Shown here piece after piece: positions 26,678 to 36,307 of a stretch of DNA of 64,000 nucleotides. The position numbers and the translations under genes were made by a program. Numbering within the stretch: position 1 is the stretch's first letter; every line of letters begins with the position of its first letter. This stretch comes from Candidatus Poriferihabitaceae bacterium (lineage in GTDB: Bacteria > Pseudomonadota > Gammaproteobacteria > Arenicellales > Poriferihabitantaceae): positions 2,437,894-2,501,893 of the forward strand of contig OZ253546.1 in the NCBI GenBank assembly GCA_965262585.1, in the 5' to 3' direction. Under the pieces are notes generated by a model. The model saw only the letters and a list, made by a program, of their open reading frames with translations, searched no databases and had not been told where the DNA came from.

Positions 26678-27441
26678 ACTCGATGACGAATTCGATGACG
26701 AACTCGATCATCGAAATCAACGGCGTCAGCAAATCCTTCGGCGGGGTGGCGGCCAACAAAGACATCACCCTGTCGGTAAAAAGCGGCGGCATCACCGGCC
26801 TCATCGGGCCGAACGGTTCCGGTAAAACCACGCTGTTCAATTCCATCGTCGGCTACCACCCCATAGACGCCGGCTCGATCCGCTTTGGAAGTCGGGAGAT
26901 TTCCAAACTATCGGTGCAAAAAATTGCCCGCATGGGTTTGTTGCGAACCTTCCAACAAACCCGAATCTACGGCGCCATGAACGGCGTCCACAACATGCTC
27001 ATCTCGCTGCCACACCGCAAGATGAGCATACTCGATTCATTCGCCCGCAACAGTCGCGAAGAATACGAGCGCGCCGATCATCTGCTGGAATTCGTCGGCC
27101 TCTATGAAAAACGCCTGCTGCTTTCCAACTCGCTTTCTTTCGGTCAGCAGAAACTGCTCGAATTCGCCATGGCGTTGATGAACGAACCCACTTGCCTGCT
27201 GCTGGACGAACCCACCGCCGGTATTAATCCGACCCTCATCAACGGCCTCATCGAGCGCCTCAAATTGGCCAACAGCGAATTCGGCATTACGCTGTTTATC
27301 ATCGAACACAACATGCGCGTCATAATGAACATGGCCGACACGATTTACTGCCTCGCCCACGGCGAAATGCTGGCCGGCGGCACACCCGATGAAATTCAGA
27401 ACGACCAACGGGTAATCGACGCCTATCTGGGGGCGCACTGA
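26674..27441 (+). CDS. ABC transporter ATP-binding protein (LivG-like)
   Basis: The start is trimmed to the ATG at 26674 (ATGA overlap with the livM-like stop). Walker A is GLIGPNGSGKTT. LSFGQQKLLEFA and LLLDEPTAG are present. Confidence 0.9.
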   Translation: MNSMTNSMTNSIIEINGVSKSFGGVAANKDITLSVKSGGITGLIGPNGSGKTTLFNSIVGYHPIDAGSIRFGSREISKLSVQKIARMGLLRTFQQTRIYGAMNGVHNMLISLPHRKMSILDSFARNSREEYERADHLLEFVGLYEKRLLLSNSLSFGQQKLLEFAMALMNEPTCLLLDEPTAGINPTLINGLIERLKLANSEFGITLFIIEHNMRVIMNMADTIYCLAHGEMLAGGTPDEIQNDQRVIDAYLGAH

Positions 27442-27448
27442 GGCCGCC

Positions 27449-28312
27449 GTGGCAGACAAACCGAACGGCAAACAAGCAATGGTTGGCGTAGACACCGTGA
27501 TTTCGGTGGAGCAGGTGGCCCGCCAAGCGGCGGCCATCGCCGAAGACATCGATGTCGCACAACTGGATGCGCTGGCGGGCGGAACGCCCTATGTCTCGCT
27601 GGAAAAACTGCGCGCCGGTTACGGGCAAATGGAAATCTTGCACGAAATAGACCTCAAGGTCGGACGCGCCCAATCGCTGTGCCTGATTGGCCCCAACGGC
27701 GCGGGAAAATCCACCGTGCTGCATGCCATATTCGGATTCAACAGCATCTTCTCCGGGGAAATTTTTATCGGCGAAGGCGAACAACGCCTAGATGTAACCG
27801 CCCTCACGCCGAGCGAAAAACTCTCCAAAGCGGGTATCGCCTACATCATGCAAGACAAATCCATTTTCCCGGGGATGACGGTGGAGGAAAACCTGTGGAT
27901 GGGCGGGTTCCTGAAAAACCGCCCGGCGGAAGCCAAACGAGCCGCCGAAAAAGTCTTCGACAAATACCCGCGCTTGGCGGCACGGCGGGGACACCGCGCC
28001 AAAGTGCTATCCGGCGGAGAACGCCGCCTGCTGGAAATCTCCAGAGCATTGGTAATGGACCCCGAGGTGTTGCTGGTGGACGAGCCATCCATCGGCCTGG
28101 AACCACGCTTCATCGACCGAGTGTTCGAAATCCTAGACGACCTGCAACGCAACGAAGGCAAGACCATCATCATGGTAGAACAGAACGCCAAAAAAGGCTT
28201 GGAATTTGCCGATATAGGCTATGTCATGGTATCCGGCCAAATCGCCATCGCCGGTACCGGCGATGACCTACTGAACAATCCTAAAGTAGGGGAATTGTTT
28301 TTAGGCGGCTAG
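27449..28312 (+). CDS. ABC transporter ATP-binding protein (LivF-like, with about 40-aa N-terminal extension if the GTG at 27449 is used)
   Basis: Walker A is LIGPNGAGKST. LSGGERRLLEISRAL and LLVDEPSIGL are present. Confidence 0.85.
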   Translation: MADKPNGKQAMVGVDTVISVEQVARQAAAIAEDIDVAQLDALAGGTPYVSLEKLRAGYGQMEILHEIDLKVGRAQSLCLIGPNGAGKSTVLHAIFGFNSIFSGEIFIGEGEQRLDVTALTPSEKLSKAGIAYIMQDKSIFPGMTVEENLWMGGFLKNRPAEAKRAAEKVFDKYPRLAARRGHRAKVLSGGERRLLEISRALVMDPEVLLVDEPSIGLEPRFIDRVFEILDDLQRNEGKTIIMVEQNAKKGLEFADIGYVMVSGQIAIAGTGDDLLNNPKVGELFLGG

Positions 28313-28348
28313 ATGGAATGACAACAAACGGGAAAATTATTCAATTCG

Positions 28349-29359
28349 TCATTCCCGCGCAGGCGGGAATGCACATTCACATTTGAAGCGCAACACATGG
28401 TTTCTAAAAACCTCGGCGGGAGTTTGATAGCCGAGGCACTTTCGGGGGGTATTATTATGCGCTTGTATGATGCGTGTAAAGTGCTCATCTGAGAGGGTTT
28501 TCAGGTCGGTTTTTCGGGGCAAGTTCCGGCGCAAGCGACCGATGGAATTTTCAACACCGCCCTTTTGCCAGGGCGCTCTGATGTCGCAGAAAAAGGTCTC
28601 AATACCGAGGGCATGGAGGTGGTAATGGCGGGCGAATTCAGTGCCGTTATCGAAGGTAATGGTTTGCCGCCATGTGGGTGGCAGCGGTGCCAGCAGGTCG
28701 CCGATAAGTTCGGCGATGGGCGCCGCGGATTTGCCGGCAGGGCGCGCCGCGAGCAGCAGGCGGGAGTGCCGTTCTTGGACAACCAGCAAGGCTTGACCGT
28801 AGGCGCTAAACAGCATCAGGTCGGCTTCCCAATGACCGGGGGTTTGTCGGTCGGTGGCGGTGTCTGGCCGCTCAGAGAGTGGCCGGCGTTGGGATATAGC
28901 GGGTGCTTTGCCGTTCAATTTGTGCCGGCGGCGGCTTCGTTTTGATCGGGCTTGGGGCAGATAATGGCGCCATGGATATTCTTTTTTACGAGCAATTTGG
29001 GCATAGACGAAGCGGTAGATGGTTTCGTAGGAAATGACTGGCCGCTGGTGCTTTCGGGCAAGTCCGGCGGACACCTGTTGGGGCGACCAGTCGTGTTTGA
29101 GCAAATCCAAAACTTCCTCGCGCAGCACCTCATCGCGGTCCAGCATAGAGCCTTGCCATCGCCGCGCCCGGGCTTTCAGGTCGGCATAGTCTTTCTCGTA
29201 GCCCTTGGTTGCAGAGCCATTGCGATTCAGTTCTCGCGACACCGTAGATGGCGCGCGATCCAGAGCTGCCGCGATTTGTCGGAGTGAGTGTCCCTTGGTG
29301 AGTAAGTAGGCCATTTCACAGCGCTCTTCAAGGGTGATCTGTTTGTAGTGATTTCCCAT
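28349..29359 (-). CDS. IS30-family transposase
   Basis: 336 aa. The N-terminal HTH is LRQIAAALDRAPSTVSRELNRN, followed by a DDE core. The last roughly 8 codons and the stop lie outside the terminal inverted repeat, in the flanking repeat. Confidence 0.9.
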   Translation of the reverse strand: MGNHYKQITLEERCEMAYLLTKGHSLRQIAAALDRAPSTVSRELNRNGSATKGYEKDYADLKARARRWQGSMLDRDEVLREEVLDLLKHDWSPQQVSAGLARKHQRPVISYETIYRFVYAQIARKKEYPWRHYLPQARSKRSRRRHKLNGKAPAISQRRPLSERPDTATDRQTPGHWEADLMLFSAYGQALLVVQERHSRLLLAARPAGKSAAPIAELIGDLLAPLPPTWRQTITFDNGTEFARHYHLHALGIETFFCDIRAPWQKGGVENSIGRLRRNLPRKTDLKTLSDEHFTRIIQAHNNTPRKCLGYQTPAEVFRNHVLRFKCECAFPPARE

Positions 29360-29401
29360 GGTAATACCGTAGCAGAGTGTTGCGCTTCGTTTGTGAATTC
29401 A
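28371..29401 (-). mobile_element. IS30-family insertion sequence inserted in a solo palindromic repeat unit
   Basis: Imperfect 22-bp terminal inverted repeats: ATTCACATTTGAAGCGCAACAC (28375-28396) versus GTGTTGCGCTTCGTTTGTGAAT (29377-29398), 19 of 22 matching. GGGAAT occurs on both flanks (28365-28370 and 29402-29407). Confidence 0.8.
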
Positions 29402-29538
29402 GGGAATCCAGTAAAACAATCCCGGCGGAGTTGGACATTTTAATGAGCAACTCGCGCCGCTGTGGACAGGCACGGGGGCCTGTCCTTGTCTGCGGTTTCT
29501 TTTTTCTTTGGGGGTGGGAACATTTGTTAGAAGGTTAT

Positions 29539-29640
29539 GAGAAGATTTCATTCATTTGTGAGAAGATTTTATTCATTTGTGAGAAGAATTCATTCATTTA
29601 TGAGAAGATTCTTCTCATTGTGAGAACATTTATGAGAAGG
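29539..29640 (+). repeat. Tandem array of a 21-bp motif (GAGAAGATTTCATTCATTTGT) upstream of the carnitine cluster
   Basis: Units lie at 29539-29559, 29560-29580, 29581-29601 and 29602-29621 (20 bp, containing the palindrome GAGAAG-ATT-CTTCTC). A 12-bp unit at 29622-29633 and GAGAAGG at 29634-29640 follow. The array ends 105 nt before the BKACE start. Confidence 0.85.
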
Positions 29641-29744
29641 TGGAGGTATGGCCTTGCATTGATGGCGTTAGTTGGGGCAAAGTTGTTGGGGCAAAGTTGT
29701 TGCCGTGACTCGCCCCAAAAATCGACACAAGTATTGAGGAAAAA

Positions 29745-30635
29745 ATGAACTTTAACGCATTCATCACCTGCGCGGTGACTGGCTCTGGGAATACGGTTGG
29801 GAAGCATCCTGATATTCCGGTTACGCCGCAACAGATTGCTACGGCGGCTATTGATGCGGCCAAAGCGGGGGCGGCTATTGTTCATATTCATGTGCGGGAT
29901 CCGCATAGTGGGGCGCCGTCCAGGGATGTGAAATTGTTTGCTGAGGTGGTCCATCGAATTCGTGATAGCGATACCGATGTGGTCATCAATACTACCGCCG
30001 GTATGGGTGGCGATATGGTGTTTGGTAGCGGGGAAAATCCGTTGCCGTTGGATGCCGATGGCACCGATATGGCGGGGCCGTTGGAACGGCTTGCGCATGT
30101 CGAAGAATTGTTGCCGGAAATTTGTACGCTGGATTGCGGCACGATGAATTTCGCCGAAAGCAATTATGTTATGACCAATACGCCCGGTATGTTGAAGGCC
30201 ATGGCCAAGCGGGTGCAATCTCTGGGGGTGCGCCCGGAGTTGGAGGTGTTTGACAGCGGCCATCTGGTGCTCGTTAAAGAAATGGTGAGGGACGGGTTGT
30301 TGGATGATCCGTTGATGATTCAGTTGTGCATGGGCATTCCTTACGGCGCGCCGGATGATCCGAGCACGTTGTTGGCGATGGTTAATCAACTGCCCACCGG
30401 GGCGGTGTTTTCGGCTTTTTCGATTGGCCGTCATCAATTTCCTTATGTGGCCATGGCGGTGCTCGCCGGTGGCAATGTGCGGGTCGGGTTGGAAGATAAT
30501 CTGTATTTGGAAAAGGGTGTGTTCGCGAGCAACGCGCAACTCGTGGAACGCGCCGTTACGATTTTGTCGGCACTCAATGTCACGATTATGGGGCCGGATG
30601 AAGTGCGTGAAAAATTGGCGTTGATAAAACGCTAG
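29745..30635 (+). CDS. BKACE-family beta-keto acid cleavage enzyme (dehydrocarnitine cleavage enzyme-like)
   Basis: [17 protein letters not shown]...[29 protein letters not shown] is the DUF849/BKACE signature. It is adjacent to the carnitine dehydrogenase gene. Confidence 0.85.
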   Translation: MNFNAFITCAVTGSGNTVGKHPDIPVTPQQIATAAIDAAKAGAAIVHIHVRDPHSGAPSRDVKLFAEVVHRIRDSDTDVVINTTAGMGGDMVFGSGENPLPLDADGTDMAGPLERLAHVEELLPEICTLDCGTMNFAESNYVMTNTPGMLKAMAKRVQSLGVRPELEVFDSGHLVLVKEMVRDGLLDDPLMIQLCMGIPYGAPDDPSTLLAMVNQLPTGAVFSAFSIGRHQFPYVAMAVLAGGNVRVGLEDNLYLEKGVFASNAQLVERAVTILSALNVTIMGPDEVREKLALIKR

Positions 30636-30670
30636 CGTACCGAGTCGGTGGAATTACAAAGCAGTCCGGC

Positions 30671-32163
30671 ATGAAAAAAATACGCCATGTTGCGCTAATC
30701 GGCGGCGGAGTGATTGGCGCCGGGTGGGCCGCACGATTGCTGATTAACGGCATCGATGTCACCGTCTGCGATCCGTCCGCGCAAGTGGAAAAGCGTCTCG
30801 GCGAAGTGTTGGAAAACGCCCTGCGCGCATACCGCACCATGACGCTGGCGCCAATCGCTGCGAAAGGTAAATTGACTTTCACGAGTTCCCTGAGCGAGGC
30901 GGTTAGCGGCGCGGATTTTGTCCAGGAAAGCGGGCCCGAACGAATCGACATCAAAAAAGCACTCATCGGCGAAGTATGCGAACACACCGCCGCCGAGGTC
31001 GTGGTGGCTTCGTCTTCTTCGGGATTACTACCCAGCGAAATGCAAGCCGGGGTGCGTTTTCCCGAACGAATCATAGTTGGTCATCCGTTCAATCCGGTGT
31101 ACCTGATACCGCTGGTGGAGATCGTTGGCGGGAAACAAACCAGCGACCATGCGCGCCAAACGGCGGCGGATTTTTACCACAGTATCGGCATGCATCCGCT
31201 GCAAGTTCGCAAAGAAGTCGACGCCTTCCTCGCCGACCGAATGATGGAAGCGTTGTGGCGTGAAGCGTTGCATCTGGTCAACGACGGGGTCGCCACCGTC
31301 GACGAAATCGATCAGGCGATTTGTTATGGCCCGGGTTTGCGTTGGTCGTTTATGGGTCGTTTTTGGTATACCGGGTAGCCGGTGGGGAAGGGGGCTTTCG
31401 GCATTTCATGGAGCAGTTTGGGCCGAGTTTGAAATGGCCGTGGACGCGCTTTGACGGACCCGACCTTACCGATGAATTGCTCGACAATTTGTCGAAGCAA
31501 TCCGATGAACAAGCCGATGGCAGGAGCATTGCCGAACTGGAAAAGTTGCGGGATGATTGTTTGGTTTCGGTGATGCAAGCACTTCGTTCCCACGACCATG
31601 GGGCCGGCAAGGTGTTGAAACGTTATCAAGAAAAATTATACGCCGTCGATCACTCCAAAGTTATGGCGGATTCGGACGACATCACATTACCACTCACGCT
31701 ACATCACGACACCGTCAAACCGGAATGGGTGGATTACAATAATCACATGACCGAAAGCCGGTACCTGCAGGCGTTCGGCGATGCTTCGGATGCGTTGTTT
31801 CGGTATATTGGCGTGGATGGTGATTATCATGCCAGCGGCTACAGTTACTACACCGTTGAAACTCATCTCAATTTTTATCGGGAAGCGGTGGTCGATCAAG
31901 CGTTCTATGTCAGCACGCAATTACTGGATGTAGACCCCAAACGCATCCATCTTTTTCACACCTTATACGCCACCGAAGACGACGCCATGCTCGCCACCAC
32001 CGAACAAATGCTACTGCATGTAAACACCGCCGAGGGCCGCGCTTGTCCGGCTCAAACGCAAGTTCTGGAGCGGTTAAACCGCCTCATGGCCGCCCACATC
32101 TACATCCCTCGCCCAGCGCAAGTGGGGCGCGCCATGTCCACCGAATTTCGGTCGAAAAAATAG
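30671..32163 (+). pseudogene. Fused L-carnitine dehydrogenase / thioesterase-like protein interrupted by a 1-nt frameshift near 31354-31357
   Basis: ORF 30671-31378 is the 3-hydroxyacyl-CoA dehydrogenase-type N-part (IGGGVIGAGWAA). It ends ...ICYGPGLRWSFMG then RFWYTG-stop. The -1 frame (ORF 31321-32163) continues SFLVYRVAGGEGGFRHFMEQFGPSLKWPWT, restoring the conserved carnitine dehydrogenase motif. A hotdog-thioesterase-like C-terminal domain follows. Confidence 0.7.
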
Positions 32164-32171
32164 AACCACCC

Positions 32172-32957
32172 ATGCCGTCTTTTGAATCCCAAAGCGTTCT
32201 GATAACCGCCGGAGCCTATGGCATCGGCCACGCCATCGCCACGAGTTTTCACGCCGCCGGTGCGAAGGTGCATGTGGTTGATGTCGATAAAGACGCGATC
32301 AAAAAAATGCGCGGCGACCATCCCGGCATTCACACCAGCGTCGCCGATGTCGCCGATGAAGACGCGGTGGATCTGGTATTTGAAGAACACTGCGCGCGCT
32401 TCGGTGGACTCGAAGTGATGATAAATTGCGCAGGCATCGCGGGCCCCACCGCGCTGGTCGAGGAAATCGCTTTCGCCGATTGGCGGCGATGCATAGCGGT
32501 CGGGCTGGACGGCACTTTTTTGTGCTGTCGCAAAGCCATCCCACTCATGCGCCGCGCCGGTATGGGTTGCATCATCAATATCTCATCCACCGCCGGCTGG
32601 CATGGCTATCCGTTGCGCACTCCTTACGCCGCCGCCAAGTGGGCGGTCATCGGCTTGACCAAATCCATCGCAATGGAATTGGGACCGGCGGGCATCCGCG
32701 CCAATGTGATATGCCCGGGTAGCATCGACGGTGGGCGAATAGACCGGGTCATCGCCGCCGAAGCGGTGCACAAAAATTTGAGCGAAGAACAAGTCCGGAA
32801 AAAATACACCGACGGCGTTTCCCTACGCACCTTCATCAACGCCGAAGACATCGCCGACTCGGCGTTGTTTCTCGCTTCACGGGCGGCTTCAAAAATCACC
32901 GGACAAGTCATCAATGTAGACGGCCATCTCGAAAGCATCGGCGGCCTCAATCAATAA
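32172..32957 (+). CDS. Short-chain dehydrogenase/reductase (SDR)
   Basis: The start is trimmed to the ATG at 32172 (MPSFESQSVLITAGAYGIGHAIA). The YAAAKWAV (YxxxK) motif is present. Confidence 0.85.
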   Translation: MPSFESQSVLITAGAYGIGHAIATSFHAAGAKVHVVDVDKDAIKKMRGDHPGIHTSVADVADEDAVDLVFEEHCARFGGLEVMINCAGIAGPTALVEEIAFADWRRCIAVGLDGTFLCCRKAIPLMRRAGMGCIINISSTAGWHGYPLRTPYAAAKWAVIGLTKSIAMELGPAGIRANVICPGSIDGGRIDRVIAAEAVHKNLSEEQVRKKYTDGVSLRTFINAEDIADSALFLASRAASKITGQVINVDGHLESIGGLNQ

Positions 32958-32978
32958 CCCGCAACCAACCAAACAAAC

Positions 32979-34151
32979 ATGAATTTTGCCCAAACTGAAG
33001 AACAGCAAATGCTGGTGGATACCGCTCGGCGTTTTGTGGAGAAGGAATTGTATCCTCACGAACAGCAAGTGGAAAAAACCGACCGGGTAGATGATGCGTT
33101 GCGCCAACAGATCATCGCGCGCGCGCAGGAAATTGGTTTGTATGCCGCGAACATGCCCTCGGAACTCGGCGGTGGCGGTCTGGATACTTTGTCGATGTGC
33201 ATGCTCGACCGGGAACTGGGACGCGCTAACATGGCGTTGCAGTATACGGTTGCGCGCCCCAGCAACATCCTTCAAGCGTGCGTCTCGGAGCAACGGGAAA
33301 AATATCTTTACCCGTGCATTCGCGGAGAAAAAGTAGACTGTCTGGCAATGACCGAACCCGGCGCCGGTTCCGACTTGCGCTCGATGGCGTGCACTGCTGA
33401 AGCGCGTGGAGACGAGTTTGTCATCAACGGCACCAAGCATTTCATCAGCCACGCCGACGTTGCCGACTTCGTTATTTTGTTTGCCGCCACCGGCAGCGAA
33501 GAAAGTGCGCGCGGCCCGCGAAAAAAGATCACCGCGTTTCTGGTGGACAAAGGCACCAAAGGATTCACCGTGCGAGACGGTTACGCCAGCGTTTCCCATC
33601 GCGGCTATCACAATTTCGTGCTCGAATTTGATAGTTGCCGGGTTGCCGCCGCGCAAGTACTCGGCGAGGTAGATCATGGTTTCGAAGTCGCCAATAGTTG
33701 GCTCGGCAACACGCGCCTGCAGGTTGCGGCGATTTGTCTGGGACGCTGCGACCGTGCTTATGAACTGGCGTGTGAATACGCCGCAACCCGCCGCCAGTTT
33801 AATCAAACCATCGGCAAGTTTCAGGGGGTCGCTTTCAAACTGGCGGACATGGAAATCAAGCGTCGCTCGGCGGAGTTGCTGACCTACCATGCGGCGTGGA
33901 AGGAAGACCACGGCGGCATGAGCGATCTGGATGCCGCGATGGCCAAACTGGCGGCCACCGAAGCGCTTGCGTTTATCGCCGATGAGGCGTTGCAAATTCA
34001 CGGCGGCATGGGGTTGATGTCCGACCTACCCCTCGAACGAATTTGGCGGGATGCGCGGGTGGAACGCATCTGGGAAGGCACCAGCGAAATCCAACGCCTA
34101 ATCATCTCTCGGGCCATCCTCAGCCCGTTGGAAAAATCTCGGAAACGGTAG
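32979..34151 (+). CDS. Acyl-CoA dehydrogenase
   Basis: 390 aa. AMTEPGAGSDL and ...IHGGMGLMSDLPLERIWRDARVERIWEGTSEIQRLII are ACAD signatures. Confidence 0.9.
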   Translation: MNFAQTEEQQMLVDTARRFVEKELYPHEQQVEKTDRVDDALRQQIIARAQEIGLYAANMPSELGGGGLDTLSMCMLDRELGRANMALQYTVARPSNILQACVSEQREKYLYPCIRGEKVDCLAMTEPGAGSDLRSMACTAEARGDEFVINGTKHFISHADVADFVILFAATGSEESARGPRKKITAFLVDKGTKGFTVRDGYASVSHRGYHNFVLEFDSCRVAAAQVLGEVDHGFEVANSWLGNTRLQVAAICLGRCDRAYELACEYAATRRQFNQTIGKFQGVAFKLADMEIKRRSAELLTYHAAWKEDHGGMSDLDAAMAKLAATEALAFIADEALQIHGGMGLMSDLPLERIWRDARVERIWEGTSEIQRLIISRAILSPLEKSRKR

Positions 34152-36298
34152 TGGGTGTTGATAGCGCGCGTCTCAACCGCTGCTTGAGTCCGCGATCCAT
34201 TGCGGTCATCGGCGGAGACGAAGCGGCGCAGGTGATTCGGCAATGCCGCAAACTGGGGTTTAGCGGCGATCTCTGGCCGGTGAACCCAAAGCGGCATTCT
34301 ATAAATGCGACCATGGAAGATCTGGATTGCTTTCCCACTATTGATGCGCTGCCCGAACCCCCGGACGCGGCTTTCGTCGCCATTCCCGCAAACGCCAGCA
34401 TCGAAATGGTTGCCGCCTTGTCGCGCATGGGCGCCGGTGGTGCGGTGTGTTATGCATCAGGATTCAAGGAAATCGGCGGAGACGGAATCGCCCGCCAGCA
34501 ACGATTGATTGAAGCCGCCGGTGCAATGCCGGTCATCGGCCCCAACTGTTACGGGTTCATCAACCTCACCTGCGGCGCGGCGTTGTGGCCCGATTATCAC
34601 GGCGCGACCGGCGTGGAAAAAGGCGTGGCAATCTTTTCCCAGAGCGGCAATGTTAGTTTGAACTTGAGTATGCAGCGGCGATTGCTGCCGCTGGCGTGGC
34701 TGGTGACTTTGGGTAATCAAGCGGTAATTGGCATCGAAGAATGCATCGCGGCGGCGTTGCAAGCCCACTGCATAACCGCCATCGGCCTGCATATCGAAGG
34801 CTTGAAAAATTTACCCCGCTTCGTGGATCTGGCCGAGCAAGCGCGTCAAAAAGGCATCCCCATCATCGCCCTCAAAGTCGGCAGATCGAAAATTGGTGCG
34901 CGCATCACCATGAGCCACACCGCCACGCTGGCAGGCGAAAGCGCATTGTATGACGCGCTGTTTGAACGGCTTGGAATCGGTTGCGTAGCGACTCCCGAAG
35001 AGTTTATCGAAGCCCTGAAACTGGCATCGGTCTGCAGCGTGCCGTCCGGCAATCGCATCGCTTCGATGAGTTGTTCCGGCGGCGAGGCTACGCTGGTGGC
35101 GGACTTGGCCGGCGGACGCGCGCTCGAATTTCCCGCCCTTGAAGACGCCCACCGACAACAAGTGCAAGATACCCTCAACGACTATGTGCGAGTGGACAAC
35201 CCGCTGGACTATCACACCTTCATCTGGGGCGACCGCAAACGCATGACCGACACCTTCACCGCCATGATGTCGGGAAACTATGACCTGACCTTGCTGATCC
35301 TCGATATTCCCGCCACCGATCCCACCGCCACCGACCTATGGCTTCGTGCGGTGCGGGCGTTCATTGCCGCCTGCCACGCCACCGGCGGCAAAGGGGCGTT
35401 GGTGACTTTGCTGGGAGAAAACCTCCCCGAAACAGTGGGACGCTTACTGTTGGAAAATGGAATCGCCCCGCTGCAGGGCCTCACGCAAGCATTGGCGGCG
35501 GTGGAATCTGTCTGCCACATTGGTCGGGTTTGGGGGCGCAATATCGTGCCCGTGCCGCCGGTTTTTGCGACCTTTGATGCCGATGCGCTTGTTGCCGCCG
35601 TCCCGCACCAAGAACCATTGCCAGAACCATTGGATGAATCTCAAGCGAAAAAACTGCTTGCCGCCGCCGGGTTGCCGGTTCCGGCGTCCGAATCGGTGGA
35701 TTCGGTGGAAGATGCGGTTGCCGCCGCCGGGCGGCTGGGCTATCCGGTGGTGGTCAAGGCGTTGTCAAGCAGCATCGCCCATAAAACGGAATTGGGTGCG
35801 GTGGCGGTGGATCTGCGGGATGATTTGCAGGTGCGTAAACACGCCGCGCAAATGCTTTGCCACAGTGGTCGGTTGCTGGTGGAAAAGATGGTGGAAGGGG
35901 CGGTCGCCGAATTGCTATTGGGAGCGGGTTACGACCGGCAGTTCGGCTATTATCTGATTATCGGTTTTGGTGGCGCATTGGTGGAATTGATTGGCGACCG
36001 CCAACTGCTGCTGCCGCCGGTGGATGCGCCCATGATTCGCTCGGCCATCGACCGTCTGAAAACCGCGCCGCTGTTGCACGGCTATCGTGGTCGGCCGGTT
36101 GCCGATGTGGATGCGGTGATTGAGTGCGCGCTTCGGTTACACTCATTCCTTGAAAATGGTCTTAAAAACGGGCGAGATAATCCAATCGATATCGAAATCA
36201 ATCCGTTGATGGTAAAGTCCGAAAACAACGGGGTGGTAGTGGCTGATGCGTTGATAACTAGAGCGCATCAGTCAAATGCGGGAGAGAAATCAATATGA
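34151..36298 (+). CDS. ADP-forming acyl-CoA synthetase family protein (CoA-binding + succinyl-CoA-synthetase-like + ATP-grasp domains)
   Basis: The start is set at the GTG at 34151 (TAGTG overlap with the ACAD stop). It has a CoA-binding N-terminus (PRSIAVIGGDEAA...LWPVNPKR) and a C-terminal ATP-grasp (YPVVVKALSSSIAHKTELGAV). Confidence 0.8.
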   Translation: MGVDSARLNRCLSPRSIAVIGGDEAAQVIRQCRKLGFSGDLWPVNPKRHSINATMEDLDCFPTIDALPEPPDAAFVAIPANASIEMVAALSRMGAGGAVCYASGFKEIGGDGIARQQRLIEAAGAMPVIGPNCYGFINLTCGAALWPDYHGATGVEKGVAIFSQSGNVSLNLSMQRRLLPLAWLVTLGNQAVIGIEECIAAALQAHCITAIGLHIEGLKNLPRFVDLAEQARQKGIPIIALKVGRSKIGARITMSHTATLAGESALYDALFERLGIGCVATPEEFIEALKLASVCSVPSGNRIASMSCSGGEATLVADLAGGRALEFPALEDAHRQQVQDTLNDYVRVDNPLDYHTFIWGDRKRMTDTFTAMMSGNYDLTLLILDIPATDPTATDLWLRAVRAFIAACHATGGKGALVTLLGENLPETVGRLLLENGIAPLQGLTQALAAVESVCHIGRVWGRNIVPVPPVFATFDADALVAAVPHQEPLPEPLDESQAKKLLAAAGLPVPASESVDSVEDAVAAAGRLGYPVVVKALSSSIAHKTELGAVAVDLRDDLQVRKHAAQMLCHSGRLLVEKMVEGAVAELLLGAGYDRQFGYYLIIGFGGALVELIGDRQLLLPPVDAPMIRSAIDRLKTAPLLHGYRGRPVADVDAVIECALRLHSFLENGLKNGRDNPIDIEINPLMVKSENNGVVVADALITRAHQSNAGEKSI

Positions 36299-36307
36299 GA
36301 GATAGCC

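Noticed and set aside
31340-31380. Programmed -1 ribosomal frameshift in the carnitine dehydrogenase gene
   Set aside because: There is no slippery X_XXY_YYZ heptamer or obvious downstream pseudoknot. A G-run contraction (mutation or sequencing error) explains it more simply.
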